Position numbers and translations under genes: made by a program. Below, piece after piece: positions 10,099-18,299 of a stretch of DNA of 36,151 nt. This DNA comes from Actinomycetes bacterium. Lineage in GTDB: Bacteria; Actinomycetota; Acidimicrobiia; Acidimicrobiales; UBA8190. The stretch covers positions 1-36,151 of the forward strand of contig JAJZYI010000001.1 of NCBI GenBank assembly GCA_021798135.1, in the 5' to 3' direction. The first letter of the stretch is position 1; each line of letters begins with the position of its first letter. Below the pieces are notes generated by a model that saw nothing but the letters and a program-made list of their open reading frames with translations, made no database searches and had not been told where the DNA came from.

Positions 10099-11553
10099 CT
10101 ACTCCGGGATGAGTGACCAGCCGGGGCGCAGCCTGGCCTTGTAGAGGAACAGGTGGTGCAGGAGGATCTTGATCCAGTGGCCGGCGAGGCCGATCTCGCC
10201 GAAGGTCCTGTCCATGTCCCTGCCGTAGTCGGGCCAGCGGGCGAAGTCGGGCACGATCGGGTAGACGGTCATGGAGGCGGCGGTGCCGGTGAGCGGGTTG
10301 GCCCCCGCCGAGGCCACGCAGGCGGCGCCCATCTCGGCCATGGACGCCGTGGCGGTGGGCCGGGGGGCGCCTCCGATCATGTCCACGATGCTGCGTGCCA
10401 CGGCCCTCCCGATCTCGGCCGAGGGCATCCCGGTGCGCGGGGGTGCGGGGGCGATGGGAGTGCCGGTGGGGCTGGTGTGGGGTCGGGAGATGGCGTGCGG
10501 AGGGGCGAAGGCGATGCCGGCGGCGAAGACGTTGGGGAGCTCGGGCGACTGGTAGGTCCTCGGCCAGTCGGCGACCTCCCAGGCCTCGAAGGGCTTCGGG
10601 GTGTAGTCGGCGTCCACGCGCATGAAGCCGTTGGGCAGGAAGAGCCGATCCGTCATCGCCCCACCCCCGGCGTCGACGGCCTGGAGCCCCACGCCGGAGA
10701 ACGGGGGGAGCAGCATGGCGAAGTCGAAGGGCTCCTCGCGCTCGGCACCGTCGAGGGTCTCGTAGTGGACGAGACCCGGCTCGACCCGGTCGACGTGGGC
10801 GCGGGTGATCCACCTGATCCCCCGCTCGGCGAAGAGCGAGGCCGTGAAGACCGCCGAGGGGACGACGTAGCCGCCCCGGCGCAGGTGCATCCCGCCCATG
10901 CCGAAGTCGCCAAGCTCGTGCTCGTTCGTGATCCAGACGATCTCCGCCTTGTCTCGCACCTTGCGGGCACGGAGCTCGAACTCCAGGTTCACGACGTACT
11001 CGAAGGCGGCCCCCTCGCAGGTGCAGGAGCCGTGGCCCATCCCGACGAGGAAGCGCTGGTGCTCGCCCCGGCGCATGCGCTCGACTGCCTCGTCGAGGGC
11101 GGCCGCGGTCTGGACGGCGTGGTCGACCGTGCACACCGACAGGCTGTGGGCGCCGGGCCCGAGCCCCTCGGTCAGGTCGAAGCGGAGGCTCGGCCCGGTG
11201 GCGTTGACGAGGAAGTCGTAGTGGACCTTCTCCGGGCCGCCGGCCGAGCCAGCGCGGGCCGGCTCGACGACGACGTACGGCCGGGGATCGCCGGCGTCGC
11301 CCTCGGGATGGATCTCCCGGGCGGCTCCCTGGACCAGCTCGATCCCGTGGCGCTCGTAGACGGGGGCGAGGGGGAAGGCCACCTGCTCCGGGCGCATGAG
11401 GCCGACGCCGACCCAGATGTTCGAGGGGATCCAGTTGTACTCGGCGTTGGGCGAGACGACCGTGACGGTGTCGCGCGCGGGGAGCCACTTGCGGGCGAAC
11501 GAGGCCGCGGTGTGGCCCGAGATCCCCGCCCCGAGGACCACCACCCGGCTCAC
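10099..11553 (-). CDS. FAD-dependent pyridine nucleotide-disulfide oxidoreductase, sulfide:quinone oxidoreductase-like
   Basis: N-terminal VVVLGAGISGHTAA (GxGxxG) dinucleotide fold, internal GSCTCEGAAFEY and MGAACVASAG Cys segments, and a C-terminal amphipathic tail HWIKILLHHLFLYKARL, as in membrane-monotopic SQRs. GTG 11553 chosen because the 234 upstream codons of the track ORF are Arg/Pro/Gly junk. Confidence 0.75.
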   Translation of the reverse strand: MSRVVVLGAGISGHTAASFARKWLPARDTVTVVSPNAEYNWIPSNIWVGVGLMRPEQVAFPLAPVYERHGIELVQGAAREIHPEGDAGDPRPYVVVEPARAGSAGGPEKVHYDFLVNATGPSLRFDLTEGLGPGAHSLSVCTVDHAVQTAAALDEAVERMRRGEHQRFLVGMGHGSCTCEGAAFEYVVNLEFELRARKVRDKAEIVWITNEHELGDFGMGGMHLRRGGYVVPSAVFTASLFAERGIRWITRAHVDRVEPGLVHYETLDGAEREEPFDFAMLLPPFSGVGLQAVDAGGGAMTDRLFLPNGFMRVDADYTPKPFEAWEVADWPRTYQSPELPNVFAAGIAFAPPHAISRPHTSPTGTPIAPAPPRTGMPSAEIGRAVARSIVDMIGGAPRPTATASMAEMGAACVASAGANPLTGTAASMTVYPIVPDFARWPDYGRDMDRTFGEIGLAGHWIKILLHHLFLYKARLRPGWSLIPE

Positions 11554-12028
11554 GTGGCGCCCTCGGGCAGCGGCCGCGGACGGCTGCGACGGCCGCCGGC
11601 CGCCGGCTGCCGGTGCGGGAGGCCGCGCCCGTGCTGGCGGCAGCCCGCCGCCTGCTGTCTGGAGCCGCGGACGCCGGCGCTGCGGGGCGGGGTGCCCCCC
11701 GTCCGCGACGCGGGCCCGTCCCTCCGTCTGCCCATGGACACAGCTTCGCAGGCCACGGCCCGACGGGCTCGTCGTCGCCCGGTCACCGGGGGGGGGCATC
11801 GGCGCGGCGACCGCCGCGCGACCCGGTCGCGGCGTGGGCCGGTGACCGGGCCGGCGGCGGGCACCACCGGGGTGAGAGCCGTTCGGCCCTGGTGGGAGCG
11901 ATGGCCCGCGAGGACGCTGGACGGGAGGCCTCGGGCCGTCGAGGCTCGTGGGTTGCGGGGCAGTGCCGCGCCGCCCGTCGGCGGGCAGCCCCGAACGCCG
12001 CCAGGAGGTGCGCGAGACGAGCCGGCCG

Positions 12029-14125
12029 ATGCCCACCATGCCCAAGCGGCTGCGCCGGCGCGACGGGCGAGTCGTCGGCTTCGAGCAGGGCAGGATCGAA
12101 GTCGCGGTGTCCAGGGCCGCTCGGGAGGCCGGCAGGGACGCCCCCGGTCGCGCCCGTCGGGTCGCCGAGACGGTGAGCGCCGAGGTCGCCGAGCGCTTCG
12201 GCGATCGCCCGGCGGGGGTGGAGGACGTCCAGGACCTCGTCGAGCAGGCGCTCATGGCGGCAGGGCTGGCGGAGGTGGCACGCGCCTACGTCCTGTACCG
12301 GCGGCGGCGTGCCGAGGTGCGCCACGCCAAGGAGGAGCTCGGTGTGCGCGACGAGCTCAAGCTCGGGCTGGCGGCGGTGGCCGTGCTGAAGGAGCGCTAC
12401 CTGCTCAAGGACCGGCACGGGCAGGTGGTCGAGTCCACCGGCGAGATGATGGACCGGGCGGCCGCCCACGTCGCCAGGGCGGAGGAGCAGTGGCAGCCGG
12501 GTGGTGCCGGCCGGTGGGCCGAGGCCTTCGCCGCCGCGTTGCGCCGCCTGGAGTTCCTGCCGAACTCGCCCACGCTGATGAACTCGGGGACGACCCTCGG
12601 GTTGCTGTCGGGCTGCGTCGTGCTCCCCCTGGAGGACTCCCTCGGCTCCATCTTCGAGACGCTCGGCCACGCCGCCCTGCTGCACCAGGCCGGCGGGGGC
12701 ACCGGCTGCTCCTTCTCCCGGTTGCGCCCCAGGGGCGACCGTGTGGCAAGCACCGGCGGCGCGGCCAGCGGACCGGTGTCGTTCCTGTCGGTGTTCGACG
12801 CCGCGGCCAGGGTGGTGTCCGACGGCGGCCGCCGCCGGGGGGCGTCGATGGCGGTGCTGGACGTGTCGCACCCAGACGTCGTGGAGTTCGTGGAGGCCAA
12901 GGGCGACCCCGGCTCCCTCGAGCACTTCAACCTGTCGGTCGGCGTCTCCGACCGCTTCATGCGCGCCGTCCTCCACGGCGAGGAGCACCGCCTGGTGAAC
13001 CCCCGCACGGGGGCGACGGCGGGCAGGATCGCCGCCGGCGAGCTCTTCGAGCGGATCTGCGCCGCGGCCTGGCGGGGCGGGGACCCGGGGCTGCTGTTCC
13101 TCGACCGCGTCAACCGGGACAACCCGCTGCCCGCCCTGGGGCGCATCGAGGCAACCAACCCGTGTGGCGAGGTGCCGCTGCTGCCGTACGAGTCCTGCAA
13201 CCTCGGATCGCTCAACCTCGCCCGATTCGTCGAGGGCCGGCGGCTCGACCTCGACCGCCTTGGCGCCACCGTGCGCCTGGCGGTCCGCTTCCTCGACGAC
13301 GTGATCGACGTCAGCCGCTACCCGGTTGCCGAGCTCGAGGCACCGGCGCACGCGGCGCGCAAGGTGGGCTTGGGGGTGATGGGCCTGGCGGAGATGCTGG
13401 CGAGCCTGGGGATCCCGTACGGCTCGGAGGCCGCCCTCCGCCGGGCCTCGAGCGTCATGGGCTTCATCGAGCGACAGGCCCGGCAGGCGTCGGCCGCCCT
13501 GGCCGAGGTGCGCGGGCCGTTCCCCCTCTACGACCGGAGCCGCTACGCGGCCCGAGGCGTCGGGCCGCTGCGCAACGCCCAGCTCACCTCGGTCGCCCCG
13601 ACCGGGACCATCTCGCTCATCGCCGGCACGACCTCGGGGATCGAGCCGATGTTCGCGCTCTCCTACGTGCGCCACGTGCTCGGACGCGACCTCGCGGAGA
13701 CGAACCCGCTCTTCGAGCGCACGGCGCGTCGTGGTGGCTTCTACTCGGAGCAGCTCATGGCCGAGGTCGACCGCACCGGGACGGTGGGCCAGCTGGCGCA
13801 GGTGCCGCCCGAGGTGCGAGAGGCCTTCGTGACCGCCTTGGAGGTCTCCCCCGAGTGGCACCTGAAGATGCAGGCGGCGGTCCAGCGCCACGTGGACGCG
13901 GCGGTGGCCAAGACCGTCAACCTGCGCGCCGAGGCGACGGTCGCCGACGTGCGCGCCACCTTCCTGGCCGCGTGGCAGGCCAGGAGCAAGGGCATCACCG
14001 TCTACCGGAACGGCTCCCGCCCGGACCAGGTCCTCAGGCTCGAGCCCGCCCCGCTGCCGGGCGCCGCCGTGCGGATCGCCGACGGCTACAGCGGCGGGTG
14101 CGGAGGGCACGTCTGTGAGTTCTGA
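12029..14125 (+). CDS. nrdJ: Adenosylcobalamin-dependent ribonucleotide reductase (class II) with N-terminal ATP-cone
   Basis: ATP-cone (KRLRRRDGRVVGFEQGRIEVAV...YVLYRRRR), FLPNSPTLMNSGT, GGGTGCSFSRLRPRGD, ATNPCGEVPLLPYESCNLGSLNL, TSVAPTGTISLIAG and a C-terminal Cys pair (GGCGGHVCEF). The start could instead be ATG 12038. Confidence 0.92.
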   Translation: MPTMPKRLRRRDGRVVGFEQGRIEVAVSRAAREAGRDAPGRARRVAETVSAEVAERFGDRPAGVEDVQDLVEQALMAAGLAEVARAYVLYRRRRAEVRHAKEELGVRDELKLGLAAVAVLKERYLLKDRHGQVVESTGEMMDRAAAHVARAEEQWQPGGAGRWAEAFAAALRRLEFLPNSPTLMNSGTTLGLLSGCVVLPLEDSLGSIFETLGHAALLHQAGGGTGCSFSRLRPRGDRVASTGGAASGPVSFLSVFDAAARVVSDGGRRRGASMAVLDVSHPDVVEFVEAKGDPGSLEHFNLSVGVSDRFMRAVLHGEEHRLVNPRTGATAGRIAAGELFERICAAAWRGGDPGLLFLDRVNRDNPLPALGRIEATNPCGEVPLLPYESCNLGSLNLARFVEGRRLDLDRLGATVRLAVRFLDDVIDVSRYPVAELEAPAHAARKVGLGVMGLAEMLASLGIPYGSEAALRRASSVMGFIERQARQASAALAEVRGPFPLYDRSRYAARGVGPLRNAQLTSVAPTGTISLIAGTTSGIEPMFALSYVRHVLGRDLAETNPLFERTARRGGFYSEQLMAEVDRTGTVGQLAQVPPEVREAFVTALEVSPEWHLKMQAAVQRHVDAAVAKTVNLRAEATVADVRATFLAAWQARSKGITVYRNGSRPDQVLRLEPAPLPGAAVRIADGYSGGCGGHVCEF

Positions 14126-14133
14126 GCCGGGCG

Positions 14134-14170
14134 GGGCGCCGGTGCCGGCCGCGGCCGCGCGCCGGCGCCC
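14134..14170 (+). terminator. GC-rich hairpin downstream of nrdJ (candidate terminator/attenuator, no U-tract)
   Basis: GGGCGCCGG (14134-14142) pairs perfectly with CCGGCGCCC (14162-14170). The 19-nt loop contains the palindrome GGCCGCGGCC. It begins 9 nt after the nrdJ stop. Confidence 0.35.
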
Positions 14171-14192
14171 GAACCGGCCCGGCCGGTAGGTC

Positions 14193-15314
14193 GTGGTGGT
14201 GGCAGCCACCCTGACGATCTTCCTCGGCGGCGACGTCATGACCGGCCGGGGCGTGGACCAGGTCCTGCCCCGTCCCGGCAGCCCGCGGCTGTGGGAGCCC
14301 TACGAGCGCGATGCCCGCGCCTACGTGGCGCTGGCCGAGGCGAGGAACGGCCCCGTGCCGAGGCCGGTGCCGTTCTCGTGGCCGTGGGGGGACGCGCTGC
14401 AGGTCGTGGAGGCGGCGGCGCCGGCGGCGCGGGTGGTGAACCTGGAGACCAGCATCACCACCTGCGACCGGGCCGCCCCCGGCAAGGCGGTCCACTACCG
14501 CATGAGCCCCGGCAACGTGCCGTGCCTGACGGCCCTCGGACCGGACGTCTGCGTGATGGCCAACAACCACGTGCTCGACTTCGGCAGGCAGGGCCTGCGC
14601 GAGACCCTGGACGCCCTGGCGGCTGCGGGGCTGGTCCCCGCGGGTGCCGGGGCCGACCGCGCCGAGGCCTGGCGCCCGGTGGCCGTGCCGACGGCGCACG
14701 GCGGCCGGGTCATGGTGGCGGCGGTCGGCGCCGGCTCGAGCGGCATCCCCGGCTCGTGGGAGGCGACGGCGGGCACCCCCGGCGTGGCGCTCCTCGCCGA
14801 CCTGTCCGATGCCACCGCCGACGAGGTGGCGCGCGGGGCCTGCGCTGGCGGGCGGCCGGGCGACGTCGTCGTGGTCTCCATCCACTGGGGGTCCAACTGG
14901 GGCTACGACGTAACCGAGGACCAGGTGCGCTTCGCACACCGGCTCGTCGACGGCGGCGTCGACCTGGTGCACGGGCACTCGTCGCACCACCCGCGGCCGA
15001 TCGAGGTGTACCGCGGGAAGCTCGTCCTCTACGGCTGCGGCGACCTGGTCGACGACTACGAGGGGATCGGCGGCTACGAGGAGCTCCGCGACGACCTGCG
15101 GCTGCTGTACTTCGCCTCCCTGGACCCGGCCACGGGCCGGCTCGCGGACCTGTCCATGACACCCATGCAGTCCCGGCGGATGCGCCTCCGCCACGCGTCC
15201 ACCGCGGATGCCCGGTGGCTGTGCGAGGTCGTGCGCCGGGCGAGCCGGCCGTTCGCCACCCGCGTGGACCTGCAGCCCGACGGCTCGCTCTCGGTCCGGC
15301 CGGCGGTGGCGTGA
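14193..15314 (+). CDS. CapA/PgsA-family (poly-gamma-glutamate capsule synthesis-like) metallophosphoesterase-fold protein
   Basis: FLGGDVMTGRGVDQ, NLETSIT, CVMANNHVLDFGRQGL, VSIHWGSNWGY, HGHSSHHPRPIEVYRGKLVLYGCGDLVDDY are the typical CapA blocks. GTG start. Confidence 0.85.
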   Translation: MVVAATLTIFLGGDVMTGRGVDQVLPRPGSPRLWEPYERDARAYVALAEARNGPVPRPVPFSWPWGDALQVVEAAAPAARVVNLETSITTCDRAAPGKAVHYRMSPGNVPCLTALGPDVCVMANNHVLDFGRQGLRETLDALAAAGLVPAGAGADRAEAWRPVAVPTAHGGRVMVAAVGAGSSGIPGSWEATAGTPGVALLADLSDATADEVARGACAGGRPGDVVVVSIHWGSNWGYDVTEDQVRFAHRLVDGGVDLVHGHSSHHPRPIEVYRGKLVLYGCGDLVDDYEGIGGYEELRDDLRLLYFASLDPATGRLADLSMTPMQSRRMRLRHASTADARWLCEVVRRASRPFATRVDLQPDGSLSVRPAVA

Positions 15315-15337
15315 CCGCGGTCGCCGCCTGGTCGGCG

Positions 15338-15473
15338 GTGATGCCGGGTGCCGCTCGGCGGTGATGCCGGGTGCCGCTCGGCGGGGCGCCGGGTCCCGGT
15401 CGTCAGCGATGCCGGGTGCCGCTCGTCGGCGATGCCGGGTGCCGCTCGCCGGGGCGCCGGGTCCCGGTCAGGT
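15338..15473. repeat. 68-bp tandem super-repeat x2, each built of 23 + 23 + 22 bp sub-units
   Basis: gtgatgccgggtgccgctcggcg x2 + gggcgccgggtcccggtcgtca, then gcgatgccgggtgccgctcgtcg / gcgatgccgggtgccgctcgccg + gggcgccgggtcccggtcaggt. It fills the convergent gap between the CapA-like and OYE genes, and the last unit contains the OYE stop codon (15468-15470). Confidence 0.9.
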
Positions 15474-16547
15474 GGCGACGAACCCCTCCCAGCGGCGCAG
15501 GTAGTCCACGAAGGGCGGGCTCACGCCCTCGCCGTGCAGGTAGGCCTCGGACACGGGGAGCGCGACCGGCGTGAAGTCCCGGTCGCGGCGCAGGCGCCGG
15601 GGGAAGTCGTGGTGCAGCACGGCGGCGCGGCCGACGATGGCGTAGTCGGCCCCGGCCGTGAGCACGTCGACCACGTCACGGCCCGTGCGGATGGTGCCGG
15701 CGACCCCCAGCACGGCGTCGCCGCGCTCGAGGTCCGTGAAGTGCGCCAGGAGCGGCCGGTCGGCCAGGGTGGCGTCCTCGGGCAGCTTGCGGGCGTCCCA
15801 CAGGGACATGTCGAGGAAGTCGACCCGGCCGGCTGCGAGCAGCTCGCCGGCGAGGTCGCGGATGTCGGCCAGGCGAAGGCCGAACCGCTCGGGTGACAGG
15901 CGGATGCCGACCTGCAGGTCGGCGCTGCAGCGGTCCCGGATGGCGTCGAGGACCTCCACGACGATGCGGGCCCGGTTGCCGGGCGAGCCGCCGTAGCGGT
16001 CGGTGCGCCGGTTCTGCTCGGGGGACAGGAACTGGCAGAGCAGGTAGCCGTGCGCGCCGTGGACCTCCACGGCGGCGAAGCCGGCTCGCTCGGCGCGCGC
16101 CGCGGCGGCGGCGAAGTCGTCGACCACGTCCTCCACCTCCGCCGCGGTGAGCGCTCGGGTGCCGGTCGCCGCGTCGTCGCTGGGTCCGACGGGTTGGCCG
16201 ACCAGCTCGGCGGGGGCGCGCGCACCGGCATGGTGCAGCTGCAGGGCCGGCACGCTCCCTGCCGCGACGATCGCCGACGCCAGGCGTGCGAGCCCGTCGG
16301 CGTGCTGGTCCCCGAACACGCCGAGCTGCCCGGGGAAGCCCTGCCCGACGGCCTGGACGTGCGACGCGCAGGTCATCGTCAGCCCGAACCCGCCCTCGGC
16401 GCGCAGCACCAGCCACCGCAGCTCGGCGTCCGAGATCGTGCCGTCGGGATGGCTCTGCTGGTTGGTGAGCGCGGCCAGGGCCAGGCGGTTCGGCCACGCC
16501 GGCCCGCGTCGGAGGCGCAGCGCGCCGAAGGGGTCCGGGCGGGACAT
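15468..16547 (-). CDS. NADH:flavin oxidoreductase (Old Yellow Enzyme family)
   Basis: NRLALAALTNQQS, LQLHHAGARA, VEVHGAHGYLLCQFLSPEQNRRTDRYGGSPGNRARIVVEVLDAIR is the canonical OYE TIM-barrel signature. Confidence 0.88.
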   Translation of the reverse strand: MSRPDPFGALRLRRGPAWPNRLALAALTNQQSHPDGTISDAELRWLVLRAEGGFGLTMTCASHVQAVGQGFPGQLGVFGDQHADGLARLASAIVAAGSVPALQLHHAGARAPAELVGQPVGPSDDAATGTRALTAAEVEDVVDDFAAAAARAERAGFAAVEVHGAHGYLLCQFLSPEQNRRTDRYGGSPGNRARIVVEVLDAIRDRCSADLQVGIRLSPERFGLRLADIRDLAGELLAAGRVDFLDMSLWDARKLPEDATLADRPLLAHFTDLERGDAVLGVAGTIRTGRDVVDVLTAGADYAIVGRAAVLHHDFPRRLRRDRDFTPVALPVSEAYLHGEGVSPPFVDYLRRWEGFVAT

Positions 16548-16708
16548 GCAGCGGCCTTCCTTCCCTGGTCGTCTACGTGGGAGCGCCGTCGCGCCCCGCC
16601 CGACGATGGTATTCGCCGTCGCCGGCCGGCGGCGCAGAGCACGATCTCGGGCCGGCAGCCTGGCTCCTGCAGTACCCCACGGCGGTGTGTCGGCTACAAA
16701 GGGCGTCC

Positions 16709-18193
16709 ATGGAGGCGCTGCTGAGCCCCACGGGTTTCGTGAGCTCGTTCGGCTACCTGGCGATCTTCGTGCTGAGCGTGGCCCAGTCGTGCTGCGTCCC
16801 GACGTCGTCGGAGCTCACGCTGGGCTTCGCCGGGGCGCTCGCCGCCACCGGTCACCTGGACCTGGCCGGAGCCATCGCGGCGGGTGCGGCGGGCGAGGTG
16901 GTCGGGGCGTTCGTGGCCTGGGCCATCGGGCGCACCGCCGGCCGTGCCATCGTCGACCGGTACGGCAAGTACCTCCTGCTCACCCACCACGACCTGGACC
17001 GGGCCGAGGCGTGGTACGCCCGCCACGAGCGCTGGGGGGTGTTCGGGGGCCGGCTGCTGCCCGTCGTCCGGAACTTCGTGGCGCTCCCGGCCGGCGTCGC
17101 CGAGGTGCCGCTGGTGCGCTTCGGCCTGCTCACGGCGGCGGGCAGCCTGATCTGGGACGGTGCCATGGCCGGCATCGGCTACGGCGTCGGCAGCCGCTGG
17201 CACGCGATCGTCCACGCCTTCAGCGACGCCGGCTACGTGCTCGGTGCGCTGGCCGTGGTCGCCGTCGCCGCCGCCGTCGTGCACCGCTGGCGGTCCTACG
17301 GTGCCCAGGTGGCGCTGCAGCGCGTCGACGGTGCCCGCCCCGGAACGGGCCCCGGCGGCGGTGCCGTCGGTGTGTCCCGGGCCGGCGTCGTCATCGGCAT
17401 CGGTGCCGGTTCCGGTGCCGCCCCGGGTGCGGGTGGCGCCCCGGGTGCGGGTGGCGCGGCGGTCGCCGTCGGCGGCGAACCGGCCGAGGCGGTGGGGCCG
17501 CCGGCTGCCGCGGCACCGCCCAACCCGCGCGAGGAGATCGTGGCGCTCGTCCGGCGCCTGGCAGCGCCCGGCGCCGGCGTGGGCGAGCGCCACGGGGCGG
17601 CGGCCAACGAGCGGCTGACGGCGGCGGCGGCTGCGGTCCTGTTCGTGCTGATCTTCCTGGAGGGGATCACGCTCCTGCACATCCACGGCCTGCTGGCCAT
17701 GCACGTCGCCATCGGCCTGGTGCTGGTCCCGCCCGTCGTGGTCAAGCTCGGCAGCACGGGCTGGCGGTTCCTCCGCTACTACACCGGCCACCCGGCGTAC
17801 GTGCACAAGGGCGCGCCGATGCCGCTGCTGCGGGCGCTGGCACCGGTGCTGGTCCTCAGCACCGTCGTGCTCTTCGTGTCGGGCGTCGCGCTGGTCGCCG
17901 TGCCACGCCCGGCAGCGTGGCTGCTGGCCGTCCACCGCGGCGACTTCGTGCTCTGGTTCGTGGTGCTGGCGGTCCACGTGCTCACCTACGTGTGGCAGGT
18001 GCCGGGGGTCCTGCGGCGGGACCTGAGCAGCCGCCGCACCTACCGGCGCAGCAGCCCCCCGGGGCGGCGGCTGCGCGTGCTCGGCGTCGCCGGCGCCGTG
18101 GCGGCCGGCGTGGCGATGACCGTGGCGCTGTGGCCGGCGTTCGGCCCGAACGTCCACACGTTCTTCCACTTCCTGAGCGGCGCGGCTCGTTAG
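16709..18193 (+). CDS. DedA/VTT-domain membrane protein fused via a Gly/Ala/Pro linker to a His-rich 4-TM domain
   Basis: N-terminal half: GYLAIFVLSVAQSCCVPTSSELTLGFAG...GRAIVDRYGKYLL...WGVFGGRLLPVVRNFVALPAG (DedA). Residues ~200-300 are a G/A/P-rich linker with an 18-bp x2 repeat at 17420-17455 (APGAGG x2). C-terminal half: 4 predicted helices with LLHIHGLLAMHV and HRGDFVLWFVVLAVH. Start ATG 16709 chosen at MEALL. Confidence 0.75.
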   Translation: MEALLSPTGFVSSFGYLAIFVLSVAQSCCVPTSSELTLGFAGALAATGHLDLAGAIAAGAAGEVVGAFVAWAIGRTAGRAIVDRYGKYLLLTHHDLDRAEAWYARHERWGVFGGRLLPVVRNFVALPAGVAEVPLVRFGLLTAAGSLIWDGAMAGIGYGVGSRWHAIVHAFSDAGYVLGALAVVAVAAAVVHRWRSYGAQVALQRVDGARPGTGPGGGAVGVSRAGVVIGIGAGSGAAPGAGGAPGAGGAAVAVGGEPAEAVGPPAAAAPPNPREEIVALVRRLAAPGAGVGERHGAAANERLTAAAAAVLFVLIFLEGITLLHIHGLLAMHVAIGLVLVPPVVVKLGSTGWRFLRYYTGHPAYVHKGAPMPLLRALAPVLVLSTVVLFVSGVALVAVPRPAAWLLAVHRGDFVLWFVVLAVHVLTYVWQVPGVLRRDLSSRRTYRRSSPPGRRLRVLGVAGAVAAGVAMTVALWPAFGPNVHTFFHFLSGAAR

Positions 18194-18242
18194 CCGGCGG
18201 GGCGTGACGGGCCTGTCCGCCACCGCGCCCGTCGGGCCGCCG

Positions 18243-18299
18243 CCCGGTCCTGGGTCGTCGGCCCGGTCCTGTGTCGTCGGCCCGGTCCTGTGTCGTTCA
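18243..18299. repeat. 19-bp tandem repeat x3 ending in the TrmH stop codon
   Basis: cccggtcctgggtcgtcgg / cccggtcctgtgtcgtcgg / cccggtcctgtgtcgttca, in the convergent gap between the DedA-fusion and TrmH genes. Confidence 0.9.

Noticed and set aside
11554-12028. Cobalamin riboswitch or NrdR box upstream of nrdJ
   Set aside because: I could not find a B12-box-like core or the conserved GGTG...GGGAA...GCCACTG-type elements, nor any AT-rich 16-bp NrdR palindrome. A B12 off-switch on a B12-dependent enzyme would also be unexpected. An Rfam scan would be decisive.
10153-14118. 1321-aa ORF on the plus strand, the longest in the track
   Set aside because: It runs antisense to the SQR-like gene and out of frame through nrdJ. 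The product is Arg/Gly/Pro/Ala low complexity with no motifs. It is a classic high-GC shadow ORF.
11783-14239. 818-aa minus-strand ORF
   Set aside because: It is antisense to nrdJ, which has unmistakable class II RNR motifs. Its composition is not protein-like.
16147-18207. 686-aa plus-strand ORF overlapping the OYE and DedA-fusion genes
   Set aside because: It is out of frame with the DedA-fusion CDS and antisense to OYE, and is Arg/Gly/Pro-rich.
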